DNA of 64,000 bases from IMG/VR virus record IMGVR_UViG_3300034062_002410, positions 21,293-85,292 of that record, one strand, 5' to 3'. Every line of letters begins with the position of its first letter. Positions within the stretch are counted from its first letter, which is position 1. The notes below the pieces were generated by a model, which had not been told where the DNA came from, ran no database searches, and was given only the letters and a program-made list of their open reading frames with translations. Position numbers and translations under genes: made by a program. The DNA is from a virus. Below are positions 38,965 to 47,318 of the stretch, piece by piece.

Positions 38965-40855
38965 TGATTATTTTTTTAATTTGAATTAAGTAATATTCTA
39001 AATTTAAATTTTCTATGATTTCTGTAGTGTTTATTTGAGATAAATTATTACATACTGTACATTTCCATCCTGATTCAATTTCAGTTTCTCTCCATTTTTC
39101 AGGATTCTTAGGAAGTGGTGGCATTATTTTAATAAGAGATACACCAGTATTAGTAACTACATATCTTACAAGTTTTTGTAATGTAGTATCTTCTATATCT
39201 CTTGCTACAAGTCTATGACCTTTTTGTACTTTAGCTCTCATAAAGAAATTTTGTAATCCATTCTGTTCTAAATCCTGCATCATAAATTGAACTGGGTCTG
39301 TATTGTGTATAAAATATGCAGATATAGCTTCATTAACAATTAAAGCTGAATGATTCTCATGTAGTTCTAATTCTTTGTAAGTTTTAAATGCTGCACCTTT
39401 TCTTTTAACTTTATTATCAGTAGATATAGCCATATAATTAGATACATCTTTGATAATCATTTTAGAATAAAATACATATTCTAATTTGAGTTTAGTTAAT
39501 TCTTCCCACCAATCTATAATAGCAAATATTTTAGGTAAATCTCCTCTTAATAATTTTACAGTTACACCATCAGTATTAGCTTGTAAAAGAGTAGAAGTAT
39601 TCATAAGAGCTTCAGCTAACATACAAATTAGAAGTTGACCATTAACAGTAATAGCCATAGTATATTTAGGGTCATAGAATGCAGAATGTTCTGAATTAGA
39701 TTTACCATATACACCATTCAATTCAAGTTTTATAGAACCATTCCATACACTACCTTTAGGATATTGACCTCTTTCATTATATCTATATTCATATACATCA
39801 CAAAATTCTTCACCTAAATGCTCAGGATATAATCTATTTTTTATTGCTAAATTAGGATAATATGAAGATACATCAATATCTATAATGATATAGTCTTCAT
39901 CAGATTCATAAATACCAGGTTCAGTACATGCATGAAGTCCACCAGTACCAAATACAAATTCTATATCTTTATAGAGTATATTCAGATTCTTTTGAACTCC
40001 TTTAGTTTTATGAAGATTATAATGATTTTCAATTACAGAGAGTTCTTCAAATGGTATTTCTGAGAATACTTTATAAGTTCCTTTAATGATTTTGGATTTA
40101 AAATATGTAAGGAGTTTTTGAAATCCTTCAGTTTCAAATTGTACATAAGGAAATATAATTTCAGATAGGTTAATAGTATCTCTGTAAGTTTTTTGAGTAA
40201 GTTTATGAGAACCTATTTCTTTAGCTAATTTAAATGCAAAACTCTTCTCACCAATTTTAGGAGAGTTCCAAGACATCATATCTATATTATATTCATTAGA
40301 AAGAGATTCACGAAGTTGTATAGCTTCTTTAGAGTAGTTATATAGTCTAAAAGTTGCTTCAATATCATTCCAACAATATTCTGATACTAATTGCATTTGA
40401 GATTCTGTAAGAATGGTAGTATGTTCAAATGGTAACTCTTGTATGTTAGTCATTTGAAATGCAAATTCTAATTGTTTTAATGATGCTCTTCTTGCATCAT
40501 TATCAAAATGATGCATTAGCATTAAATCTACATTAGGACATAATGTAAATCTTTTTTGAAACATATTGTATCTTTCATCTGTAATGAGTTTATCAGAGTG
40601 TTGTTTTAATGTAGGAATTAAAACTTTACCTTTTAGATGAGTTAGGTTTAGTAATTTTTGTAGTACTTTACCATCATAGTTAATACAATTAAATCCAAAT
40701 AATCTTATATCAGATTTTAGAAATTCTATCAATTGTATTCTTTCATCTTTTCTTGGAGATATTTCAAATGATACTTTTTCATTAGTATGTACATTTAGTG
40801 CACATAATAGAAAAAAGTTAGGAAATATCTCAATGTCATACACAAAGTCTGTCAT
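38909..40855 (-). CDS. polB: Family B DNA polymerase (crAss-type)
   Basis: Exonuclease YDIE, FNCINYD, YCWND; polymerase DVSSYYP, KLELNGVYGK, NTDG. Confidence 0.92.
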   Translation of the reverse strand: MTDFVYDIEIFPNFFLLCALNVHTNEKVSFEISPRKDERIQLIEFLKSDIRLFGFNCINYDGKVLQKLLNLTHLKGKVLIPTLKQHSDKLITDERYNMFQKRFTLCPNVDLMLMHHFDNDARRASLKQLEFAFQMTNIQELPFEHTTILTESQMQLVSEYCWNDIEATFRLYNYSKEAIQLRESLSNEYNIDMMSWNSPKIGEKSFAFKLAKEIGSHKLTQKTYRDTINLSEIIFPYVQFETEGFQKLLTYFKSKIIKGTYKVFSEIPFEELSVIENHYNLHKTKGVQKNLNILYKDIEFVFGTGGLHACTEPGIYESDEDYIIIDIDVSSYYPNLAIKNRLYPEHLGEEFCDVYEYRYNERGQYPKGSVWNGSIKLELNGVYGKSNSEHSAFYDPKYTMAITVNGQLLICMLAEALMNTSTLLQANTDGVTVKLLRGDLPKIFAIIDWWEELTKLKLEYVFYSKMIIKDVSNYMAISTDNKVKRKGAAFKTYKELELHENHSALIVNEAISAYFIHNTDPVQFMMQDLEQNGLQNFFMRAKVQKGHRLVARDIEDTTLQKLVRYVVTNTGVSLIKIMPPLPKNPEKWRETEIESGWKCTVCNNLSQINTTEIIENLNLEYYLIQIKKIINGVEKSNTAASNTEDTPS

Positions 40856-40980
40856 AAGATTATTTATAAGGTTATCTAAAAAAGCAATAATAAAGAAATG
40901 GCTATAGAAAAAAAAGAGAAAACCCTAAAATATTATTCCATAGGAATTTTATTCTAAGATTTTCTCAATTTATTCACTTT

Positions 40981-41586
40981 TTACATCCCTTGGTCAAAGA
41001 ACACACTTGCTCCTTGAACTTCCATTTCAATTTCTCTGCTCATGTAAACATTTCCATTGCCTCTATAATCCTCATCTGCTTTTACTTCCTTAGAGAAGAA
41101 AGTTCTACGATATTGGACATTGTCATCAGCATCAAGAATTAGTTGACCTGCATTTTCATGAGAGTCACCATATCTCACTACTTGGCTATTAGCAAAATCA
41201 GCTTTAGTCTTTAGACCTGAAGATATACTCTGCTTTTGATTTTCATCAAGTATTGGCTCATTAGACAATACTTTGTAAATACAAGCATTAGGTAAATTGT
41301 TAAGCATTAGCTTAATTTCAGTTTCTGTTTTGTTTTCCGGTACAAGAATCCAAGCCACTCTTGTTTCTTCTTGAGTGTATTCATTGGTTTCTGCACCGAA
41401 ATCAGATTCTGTAAATAATCCATCTTGAAGAGATGAATTATATTTTTTAGAAGCATAGTAAGAAGTAGTAGTAATAAGTTGTTTTACTTCTAATGTCTTA
41501 CTTCCTGCTTTTTGATAAGAAGCCTTATAAAGTCTTGAGAAAGAAATTTTGCTTCTTTTTACTGTTACATTTTGTGCGTTGCTCAT
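40981..41586 (-). CDS. Hypothetical protein
   Basis: ORF track. Confidence 0.75.
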   Translation of the reverse strand: MSNAQNVTVKRSKISFSRLYKASYQKAGSKTLEVKQLITTTSYYASKKYNSSLQDGLFTESDFGAETNEYTQEETRVAWILVPENKTETEIKLMLNNLPNACIYKVLSNEPILDENQKQSISSGLKTKADFANSQVVRYGDSHENAGQLILDADDNVQYRRTFFSKEVKADEDYRGNGNVYMSREIEMEVQGASVFFDQGM

Positions 41587-41674
41587 AATAAATAATGTTT
41601 TAAAAAATTGATAAAATAGTTAATAAATAAAATAATTGATAATCAGTAAATATATAGAGTTGATTGTTTGAATG

Positions 41675-41702
41675 AAAAAGGTTGAGTATTTCTACTCAAC
41701 CT
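41675..41702 (-). terminator. Intrinsic terminator
   Basis: AGGTTGAGTA-TTTC-TACTCAACCT followed by a T-run on the minus strand. Confidence 0.75.
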
Positions 41703-41733
41703 AACTGACATTATTAACAAAACATACAAACTA

Positions 41734-41868
41734 TTATTTTGTGTCTTCATGGTAATCATTATCTTTTTTATAAATTGAATCATAAATCATCACGTAAAGT
41801 GAACCTGCTATTATGAATAATAATATAAAAATAAGTAATGATAATGGAAGGATTAGTTCTAAATTCAT
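41734..41868 (-). CDS. Small single-TM protein, 44 aa (not in the ORF track)
   Basis: Hand translation MNLELILPLSLLIFILLFIIAGSLYVMIYDSIYKKDNDYHEDTK; ends just before a terminator. Confidence 0.55.
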   Translation of the reverse strand: MNLELILPLSLLIFILLFIIAGSLYVMIYDSIYKKDNDYHEDTK

Positions 41869-42094
41869 GGTGAAAAGTTGTAAAGTGAAATAAAACGTAA
41901 TACTATATTTATAATGTAATATAATTTATTTAATAAAGAAAATATAAAAGTATTTTTCTTTTCTTTTTTGTCGAACTTTTTTCTTTTCTTTTTAAAGGTA
42001 TTTTGCAAGAGTTGCAATGATATATAGAAGCCGAGTTTTTACACAACAGATTTTCTACGTGTTCGTCATTACAACTCAATGCAAAATGTATAAT

Positions 42095-42388
42095 TTAAAA
42101 ATTGTATCTATAATCATCATAATATCCATTATGGGCATCATGTTGATGATTATTAAATTCTTCTGCCATATCTCCATTGAGAGATATATTACTTCGTTTT
42201 TTAGTGAATTTGTCTAAAGCTATATATAGATAGCCAATACAAGATGATTTATCTTGTAAATTTACTTCCATACCTAAATTAGACATTTGTTCACTCAGCC
42301 ATGTGTTTTCTCTCCAAAGCATTTTGATAATGTTTTGGAGATGTGAGTGGTCTAAGGTGTTGATTGGTTTATAATTCCAAGTTTTCAT
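42095..42388 (-). CDS. Early hypothetical protein
   Basis: ORF track; directly behind a promoter repeat. Confidence 0.7.
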   Translation of the reverse strand: MKTWNYKPINTLDHSHLQNIIKMLWRENTWLSEQMSNLGMEVNLQDKSSCIGYLYIALDKFTKKRSNISLNGDMAEEFNNHQHDAHNGYYDDYRYNF

Positions 42389-42411
42389 GTTGTTATGTTG
42401 TTAAAATGAAA

Positions 42412-42454
42412 AATAATGTCAAAAATGAGAAAGAGTTAAAAAAGAAGAACAAAA
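42412..42454 (-). promoter_or_regulatory. Early promoter repeat, copy 1
   Basis: Minus-strand consensus TTTTGTTCTTC-N4-TTAACT-N11-TTGACA(T/G)TATT with invariant spacing. Confidence 0.8.
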
Positions 42455-42481
42455 AAAATAAAAAAGAGATTTCTCTCTTTT

Positions 42482-42670
42482 TTATTTGAATATGACAAAA
42501 TATTCTTGAATTCCTAAGTTATTGTAATAACCTTGTAATTCTTTTTTATCTTCTGTCCATTCTGTAATTTGGAGTTTTTTTTCTCCAAATGTAATAGCAT
42601 CAGCTAATGTAGCAAACTTATAATTTGCTGCTACAATACCATCCATGTTATAACTCTGTGCTTTAATCAT
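42482..42670 (-). CDS. Early hypothetical protein
   Basis: ORF track. Confidence 0.65.
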   Translation of the reverse strand: MIKAQSYNMDGIVAANYKFATLADAITFGEKKLQITEWTEDKKELQGYYNNLGIQEYFVIFK

Positions 42671-42690
42671 AGTTTTTGTTTGTTTAGTTA

Positions 42691-43071
42691 TTAATCCTTT
42701 ATCTCATAGTGAAATAAAGTTTTCTCTTTTGTATTATTATCAATACTGTGTAATCTTTTAAAAATTTCCCAACTTACAATATAACCATCTTTATCAAATG
42801 GTACTCTAAAGTTGATTAAATCAAAAGGAGATTGTGGATTCCATCCTTTATCCCTCAGCTCAGATGCATATACTACTCTATATGCATTGAGATTTTCTCT
42901 TATAATTTCAGGTTTAATATCGAAATAATAAGAGAAGCATTCTATCTCATCATTAGATGAGCATAGTTCAGCTAAGCAAGATTTTGAAATAAGTAAGTCT
43001 GTGTTTACATCTTGAGATTTACAAGATGTAAAAATAATGATTGACATAAATGCTAAAATAAGATTTTTCAT
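42691..43071 (-). CDS. Early lipoprotein
   Basis: Signal peptide II with lipobox IIIFTS-C followed by KSQD. Confidence 0.7.
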   Translation of the reverse strand: MKNLILAFMSIIIFTSCKSQDVNTDLLISKSCLAELCSSNDEIECFSYYFDIKPEIIRENLNAYRVVYASELRDKGWNPQSPFDLINFRVPFDKDGYIVSWEIFKRLHSIDNNTKEKTLFHYEIKD

Positions 43072-43123
43072 AGTTATCTTGATTTAAATGTTAAAAAATA
43101 AGGAGATGTATTACACATCTCCT

Positions 43124-43477
43124 TTAAATAAACTTATTTAAAGTAAAGTCCCAAATGAAAGCTTCATCTGTAGCTATTACTTCGCCTTCAATAGTAGTGT
43201 AATATACACTACCATTGATAAATTTTTCTCTACCAATCAAATCAATCCCATGCACATAAATGCACATAGAATTTGTATCAATAAATTTAGCCTTAACAAA
43301 GTAAGGCTGTTCATTAAACCAATCACATACTTCTTGCCATTTAGCAAAGTATGGACTTTGAACAGGATGCATAGTAGAATAAACTCTACTATGATTGTTG
43401 TTTTCTGCAGTAAGAGTTTCTTTTAATTCTTTGGGTATTACTGCTCTACCCATGATTGTTATTTCTGTGTTGTTCAT
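43124..43477 (-). CDS. Early hypothetical protein
   Basis: ORF track; followed by the hairpin AAGGAGATGT/ACATCTCCTT. Confidence 0.7.
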   Translation of the reverse strand: MNNTEITIMGRAVIPKELKETLTAENNNHSRVYSTMHPVQSPYFAKWQEVCDWFNEQPYFVKAKFIDTNSMCIYVHGIDLIGREKFINGSVYYTTIEGEVIATDEAFIWDFTLNKFI

Positions 43478-43621
43478 GTTTTAAATTTAAAAGTTAAAAA
43501 TAATTCATTTCATCTTCAATATCTTGAATCATATTCTCCATAAAACGTGATTCAATATTTCCTAAACTTGTTTGTTTAGGAACAGGTTTATGTATTTCTG
43601 TTAATAAGAAATATGAGTTAC

Positions 43622-43759
43622 CTAAAATGGTAACTCATAATCATCGTCATTTATGTAATTATGTTCGTATTCATCATCTTCAGGAAGATAGTCTTCTGGT
43701 AGGTAATATTGTTCCATTAAGTCAAAATAATCAAGTCCTAATTCTAATGGTGTGTACAT
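43622..43759 (-). CDS. Highly acidic 45-aa peptide ending DDDYELPF (not in the ORF track)
   Basis: Hand translation MYTPLELGLDYFDLMEQYYLPEDYLPEDDEYEHNYINDDDYELPF; the stop lies within a hairpin. Confidence 0.65.
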   Translation of the reverse strand: MYTPLELGLDYFDLMEQYYLPEDYLPEDDEYEHNYINDDDYELPF

Positions 43760-43768
43760 ATTTGGAAA

Positions 43769-43852
43769 TTATTTTTGTGTTGGAAATAAGTTTATATTAG
43801 TTAAGAGGTAAATCATAACTATAAATGTTGTAATAATGAGTAGAGTTTCCAT
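43769..43852 (-). CDS. 27-aa single-TM peptide (not in the ORF track)
   Basis: METLLIITTFIVMIYLLTNINLFPTQK, with an A-rich leader. Confidence 0.45.
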   Translation of the reverse strand: METLLIITTFIVMIYLLTNINLFPTQK

Positions 43853-43918
43853 GTTTTGTGTGTTTATTTAAAAAATAGTATTACCCTTTATGTTGTATAA
43901 AAGGTAATACTATAAGAT

Positions 43919-44191
43919 TTAGATAGAAGCAAAGGTTTGCTTTTTTGACTTGCTGTCATCGATGTTGCATAATGTTGCACTTAACCAATTAGTTACACCA
44001 TCTGCATCTACTTCTGCAATAAATGCCATTGGCTTTGTAACATCAAGAGTTTTCTGTACTTTAAACCATGCACCCTGATGGGTAAATGATTTATTTCCAG
44101 ACTCTTTGTCTTCCAGGATTTCAATAGATGTAGCGTTAATTAATGTTTTGAAATTGGCTACTGTCATAAATTGAACATTTTTCTTTTCCAT
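43919..44191 (-). CDS. Early protein, paralog of 45446-45727
   Basis: Shared FMxVAxFK, DKE, W..QK, FI, DG..NWL.A.L.N pattern. Confidence 0.75.
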   Translation of the reverse strand: MEKKNVQFMTVANFKTLINATSIEILEDKESGNKSFTHQGAWFKVQKTLDVTKPMAFIAEVDADGVTNWLSATLCNIDDSKSKKQTFASI

Positions 44192-44218
44192 GATGTGTGT
44201 GATTTGTAAATAATTAAA

Positions 44219-44261
44219 AATAATGTCAAAACTAAGAGAAAGTTAAAAAAGAAGAACAAAA
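44219..44261 (-). promoter_or_regulatory. Early promoter repeat, copy 2
   Basis: Same 43-nt motif; contains TAGTTTTG. Confidence 0.8.
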
Positions 44262-44273
44262 TAAAAAATAAAA

Positions 44274-44695
44274 AGAGAATAGAGGTTTTATCCTCTATTC
44301 TCTAAAAGTTAATAACAGAGCATACATTGTTTCACTAAGATAGAAATAGAGAATATAGTCTTCCAACTGACATCACTCACAGTAGCAATTTTCTTCTAAA
44401 CAATTGTGCACCATTGTTTAGTTACTTCTTGTTGTACTGCATCAGCTTTCACAAGCTGATTATATCTTAATTAGTATGTTGTTACTAACTACTGAAATGA
44501 GGGGTCCAGGGCCGATTAAGGATTAGGACCCCTCTAAAAAATAACAGTATAGCAATCCCAAACCTTTTATTTGCTTTTCTAAGATTATCAGAAATAAGTC
44601 TACTCATAGTGGCCCCATATAGGAACATACTTTCAAACCTTAAGTCTTTACTCTAAAGGTATTTATACTATTGTTTGCAACCAATAAGTATAAAT
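44274..44695 (-). ncRNA. Candidate ~400-nt structured ncRNA between promoter copy 3 and the terminator at 44274-44303
   Basis: No ORF of 60 aa or more; several hairpins (44396-44421, 44441-44460, 44471-44488, 44499-44534, 44661-44695). Confidence 0.5.
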
Positions 44696-44697
44696 AA

Positions 44698-44740
44698 AAT
44701 ACTGTCAAAACTAAGCAAGAGTTAAAAATGAAGAACAAAA
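44698..44740 (-). promoter_or_regulatory. Early promoter repeat, copy 3
   Basis: Same 43-nt motif. Confidence 0.8.
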
Positions 44741-44777
44741 TAAAAGATAAAAAAGTGAAGGGATTTCTCCCTTCACT

Positions 44778-45047
44778 TTAGAACTTACTAGTAATTGCTG
44801 CTACTTTCATAGCAATGATTTCTTGCTTTATAAACTCAACAGCTCCTGTATTTTGTGCTGCTGGGTTTTCTGAAAACTCTTTCCACTTGTAGTTGTCAAA
44901 TACTATTGTTTTATTGACAATTTCATCAATAAAGTATTTGAACAGATATGCTGCCCTGTGGGCATTAAATCTACTATCTTCTGATGTGCTATAGTTGACA
45001 CTTCTGTCAACTAATGATGCTAAAATGTGATAAGCTTTACCGTACAT
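44778..45047 (-). CDS. Early hypothetical protein
   Basis: ORF track; own promoter and terminator (AAGTGAAGGGA-TTTC-TCCCTTCACTT). Confidence 0.7.
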   Translation of the reverse strand: MYGKAYHILASLVDRSVNYSTSEDSRFNAHRAAYLFKYFIDEIVNKTIVFDNYKWKEFSENPAAQNTGAVEFIKQEIIAMKVAAITSKF

Positions 45048-45071
45048 AGTTATATGTATTTAAGTGTTAGT

Positions 45072-45114
45072 AATAATGTCAAGAATAAGTTAAAGTTAAA
45101 AATGAAGAACAAAA
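45072..45114 (-). promoter_or_regulatory. Early promoter repeat, copy 4
   Basis: Same 43-nt motif. Confidence 0.8.
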
Positions 45115-45136
45115 AATAAAAAGATAGATACAGAGA

Positions 45137-45331
45137 TTAATTCTCTGTATCTATCATAGATATACTAACAGTTGCTGCAATGCAGCCAACTATTGACAAT
45201 GTACTAATGAAACCCAATGCTATTAGGTCATAAAAACCTAATATGTTAGCTATTTCCATATAGCAAATGCATAAAATTACTGTTAGCATTATGAGTAATG
45301 CTATTACTAAAGCTTTTGTTAAAGAATTCAT
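45137..45331 (-). CDS. Early two-TM membrane protein
   Basis: Two hydrophobic helices; own promoter and terminator. Confidence 0.65.
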   Translation of the reverse strand: MNSLTKALVIALLIMLTVILCICYMEIANILGFYDLIALGFISTLSIVGCIAATVSISMIDTEN

Positions 45332-45355
45332 AATGTTATTTATTATATTGTTTAA

Positions 45356-45398
45356 AATAATGTCAAAACTAAGATGTAGTTAAGACAGAAGAACAAAA
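45356..45398 (-). promoter_or_regulatory. Early promoter repeat, copy 5
   Basis: Same 43-nt motif. Confidence 0.8.
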
Positions 45399-45445
45399 AA
45401 CAAAATAAAAAAACACAAGGGATTTCTCCCTTGTGTTTATACCTA

Positions 45446-45727
45446 TTAGAAGCTTTCAGTAAACTCCATCTTGCGTGTGCCTTCAGCACAATTAATCAGC
45501 CTAGCTTTAAGCCAGTTTGGTTTACCATCTGGGAGTAAATCATCGGTAATAAATACCAATCTACCCTTCATATCAATGTCTTTTTGGATGTTAATCCAAA
45601 CACTGCCAGCTTTAATGGATTTTTTGCTGGGGTCTTCTTTATCGGTATAAATGTCAAGTTTAGATACACCGATAAAAGCTTTGAAATCTGCTACTTCCAT
45701 GAAGTAGGCTTTAGTCTTGTTGCTCAT
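45446..45727 (-). CDS. First early gene, paralog of 43919-44191
   Basis: ORF track; shared motifs; terminator AAACACAAGGGA-TTTC-TCCCTTGTGTTT downstream. Confidence 0.75.
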   Translation of the reverse strand: MSNKTKAYFMEVADFKAFIGVSKLDIYTDKEDPSKKSIKAGSVWINIQKDIDMKGRLVFITDDLLPDGKPNWLKARLINCAEGTRKMEFTESF

Positions 45728-45754
45728 GATTTGTATGTTTTAAAGAGCTTAAAA

Positions 45755-45797
45755 AATAATGTCAAGGATGAGATGAAGTTAAAGAGGAAGAACAAAA
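45755..45797 (-). promoter_or_regulatory. Early promoter repeat, copy 6
   Basis: Same 43-nt motif. Confidence 0.8.
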
Positions 45798-45967
45798 AAT
45801 ACAGCTAAAGATAGTTAGAGCCAAGTTTTTAAAGCTTAAGATTTGTAGGGGGGATACTGTTTAGACATTAGTTTGGGGGTGGCTAGTTTCTAATAGGACT
45901 CACACATTCACTTTTTATCAATATTATTTTTTTAAAAAATTTAATTTTAATCTTAAATAATTTTTCT

Positions 45968-45975
45968 TACTTTTG
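45968..45975 (+). promoter_or_regulatory. Bacteroidota -7 box for the packaging/structural operon
   Basis: TACTTTTG, 24 nt upstream of the ATG at 46000. Confidence 0.5.
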
Positions 45976-45999
45976 TTTATAATTTAAAAAGATAGAAAG

Positions 46000-46362
46000 A
46001 TGAAAGCATTAAGTAAAAGGTTAGTATTAGATAGTAAGAGGTTTTATAATATTCATTTGTCAATTGTTAATGCTATTATACCCACTAAGCTTACCCCAAA
46101 AGAAATAGAGATACTTGCTTTGTTTATGTCCTTGAAAGGAGATATAGCTAAAGATAGATTTGGTACTACTGCTAGGAAGTTAGTAATGAAGGAATTGAAT
46201 TTATCTGATGGTGGACTAGGTAATTACCTCAAGTCTTTGAAAGAGAAAGGATTTATTTCTCCTACTAATGAAATATTACCTTTTCTTATTCCTAATGATG
46301 ATAAGCAAGAATACTTTTTTCAACTTATAAATGAGGAACATGTCAAGGAATCCATTGATTAA
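46000..46362 (+). CDS. Winged-HTH DNA-binding protein
   Basis: LTPKEIEILA...ELNLSDGGLGNYLKSLKEKGFI. Confidence 0.7.
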   Translation: MKALSKRLVLDSKRFYNIHLSIVNAIIPTKLTPKEIEILALFMSLKGDIAKDRFGTTARKLVMKELNLSDGGLGNYLKSLKEKGFISPTNEILPFLIPNDDKQEYFFQLINEEHVKESID

Positions 46363-46678
46363 GAGGTACTATGATAAAGTTAAACATCAGTATGATATTA
46401 CTGAAGACCAGTTTTTTGATATAATATTTACAGCATTTAAGTATTTTAGGAGTAGAATGAATAGTGAGGAAATACCTGACATTAGGATAAAAGGATTTGG
46501 AAGTTTTCAGGTATTTTCTACTCCTGTTAAATATGAGTTGAAGAAATTAGCTAAGATAGTTGAGCAGAATAAAGCAAATGAGTTTCACTTTAATAGAATT
46601 AAAATTTTAAATGAGTATGTTGAAAAGAATAAGGTATTATTTAAAGAAAATACTGAAAAGGGAAATACCCCTAAGTGA
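46331..46678 (+). CDS. HU/IHF-like DNA-binding protein
   Basis: IRIKGFGSFQV motif. Confidence 0.7.
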   Translation: MRNMSRNPLIKRYYDKVKHQYDITEDQFFDIIFTAFKYFRSRMNSEEIPDIRIKGFGSFQVFSTPVKYELKKLAKIVEQNKANEFHFNRIKILNEYVEKNKVLFKENTEKGNTPK

Positions 46679-46955
46679 TGTATGGTATTATGTACAAGGA
46701 CATACAAGAGAAAAGATATACTATTCTAAGTATAAGTGGGTAAAGCTCCTAATGAGAAAACATATTAAAGAACAGTTTGAATGGAGGTTAACACAAATGG
46801 ATAAAGAGTGTTACAATAGTGGGCAATGTAAGATATGTGGTTGTGATATTCCTGCACTTACTTTTGCAAATAAGTCTTGTCACAAACCATGTTATCCTAA
46901 AATGAAAAGTAGATTTGATTGGGAATGGTTTAAATTTTATAATGAACTAAAATAA
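46611..46955 (+). CDS. Cys-rich (putative Zn-binding) hypothetical protein
   Basis: C-x4-CxxCGC-x10-C-x3-C. Confidence 0.65.
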   Translation: MSMLKRIRYYLKKILKREIPLSDVWYYVQGHTREKIYYSKYKWVKLLMRKHIKEQFEWRLTQMDKECYNSGQCKICGCDIPALTFANKSCHKPCYPKMKSRFDWEWFKFYNELK

Positions 46956-46965
46956 AGTAACAATT

Positions 46966-47265
46966 ATGTGGGATAAAAAAGTTTATGATTTTGGTAATAT
47001 CAAACCTAAGTCTGTTGTTAAAGTAGATTTTAATTATTTAGGTGATATAGAGATTATTGAAATTAAAGCAGCCTGTGGTTGTACTCTGATAGATTATAAG
47101 AAAGGTAGTAATAAGGTTACACTTGAATATACTGCTGGTGACTTTCCTAATCATCTTAAGAATACTGAAACTAAAAAAGTAGAAGTTAGTAAAACTGCTA
47201 CTGTTAAGTATAAGGATAATTCTGAAGATATTCTTATGCTAAGAGGATTTATTTTAGAAAGGTAA
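46966..47265 (+). CDS. DUF1573-like Ig-fold protein
   Basis: DFGNI...F.Y...I..IKAACGCT. Confidence 0.65.
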   Translation: MWDKKVYDFGNIKPKSVVKVDFNYLGDIEIIEIKAACGCTLIDYKKGSNKVTLEYTAGDFPNHLKNTETKKVEVSKTATVKYKDNSEDILMLRGFILER

Positions 47266-47318
47266 TTAGTAAGAAAGTATATATAAAGAAAAAGGATTAA
47301 AAAAGAATATGTAGTTTT

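Noticed and set aside
42417-42422. TTGACA in the repeats as a sigma70 -35 box
   Set aside because: No consistent TATAAT 17 nt downstream, it lies only ~30 nt from start codons, and the host appears to be Bacteroidota
44300-44616. tmRNA (GGGGCC 5' end, ~400 nt)
   Set aside because: No T-arm/acceptor 3' half or CCA end, and no recognisable tag peptide
42412-45797. CRISPR array or integron attC array
   Set aside because: Repeats are degenerate, non-palindromic, spaced hundreds of nt apart and directly upstream of genes; no cas or integrase gene
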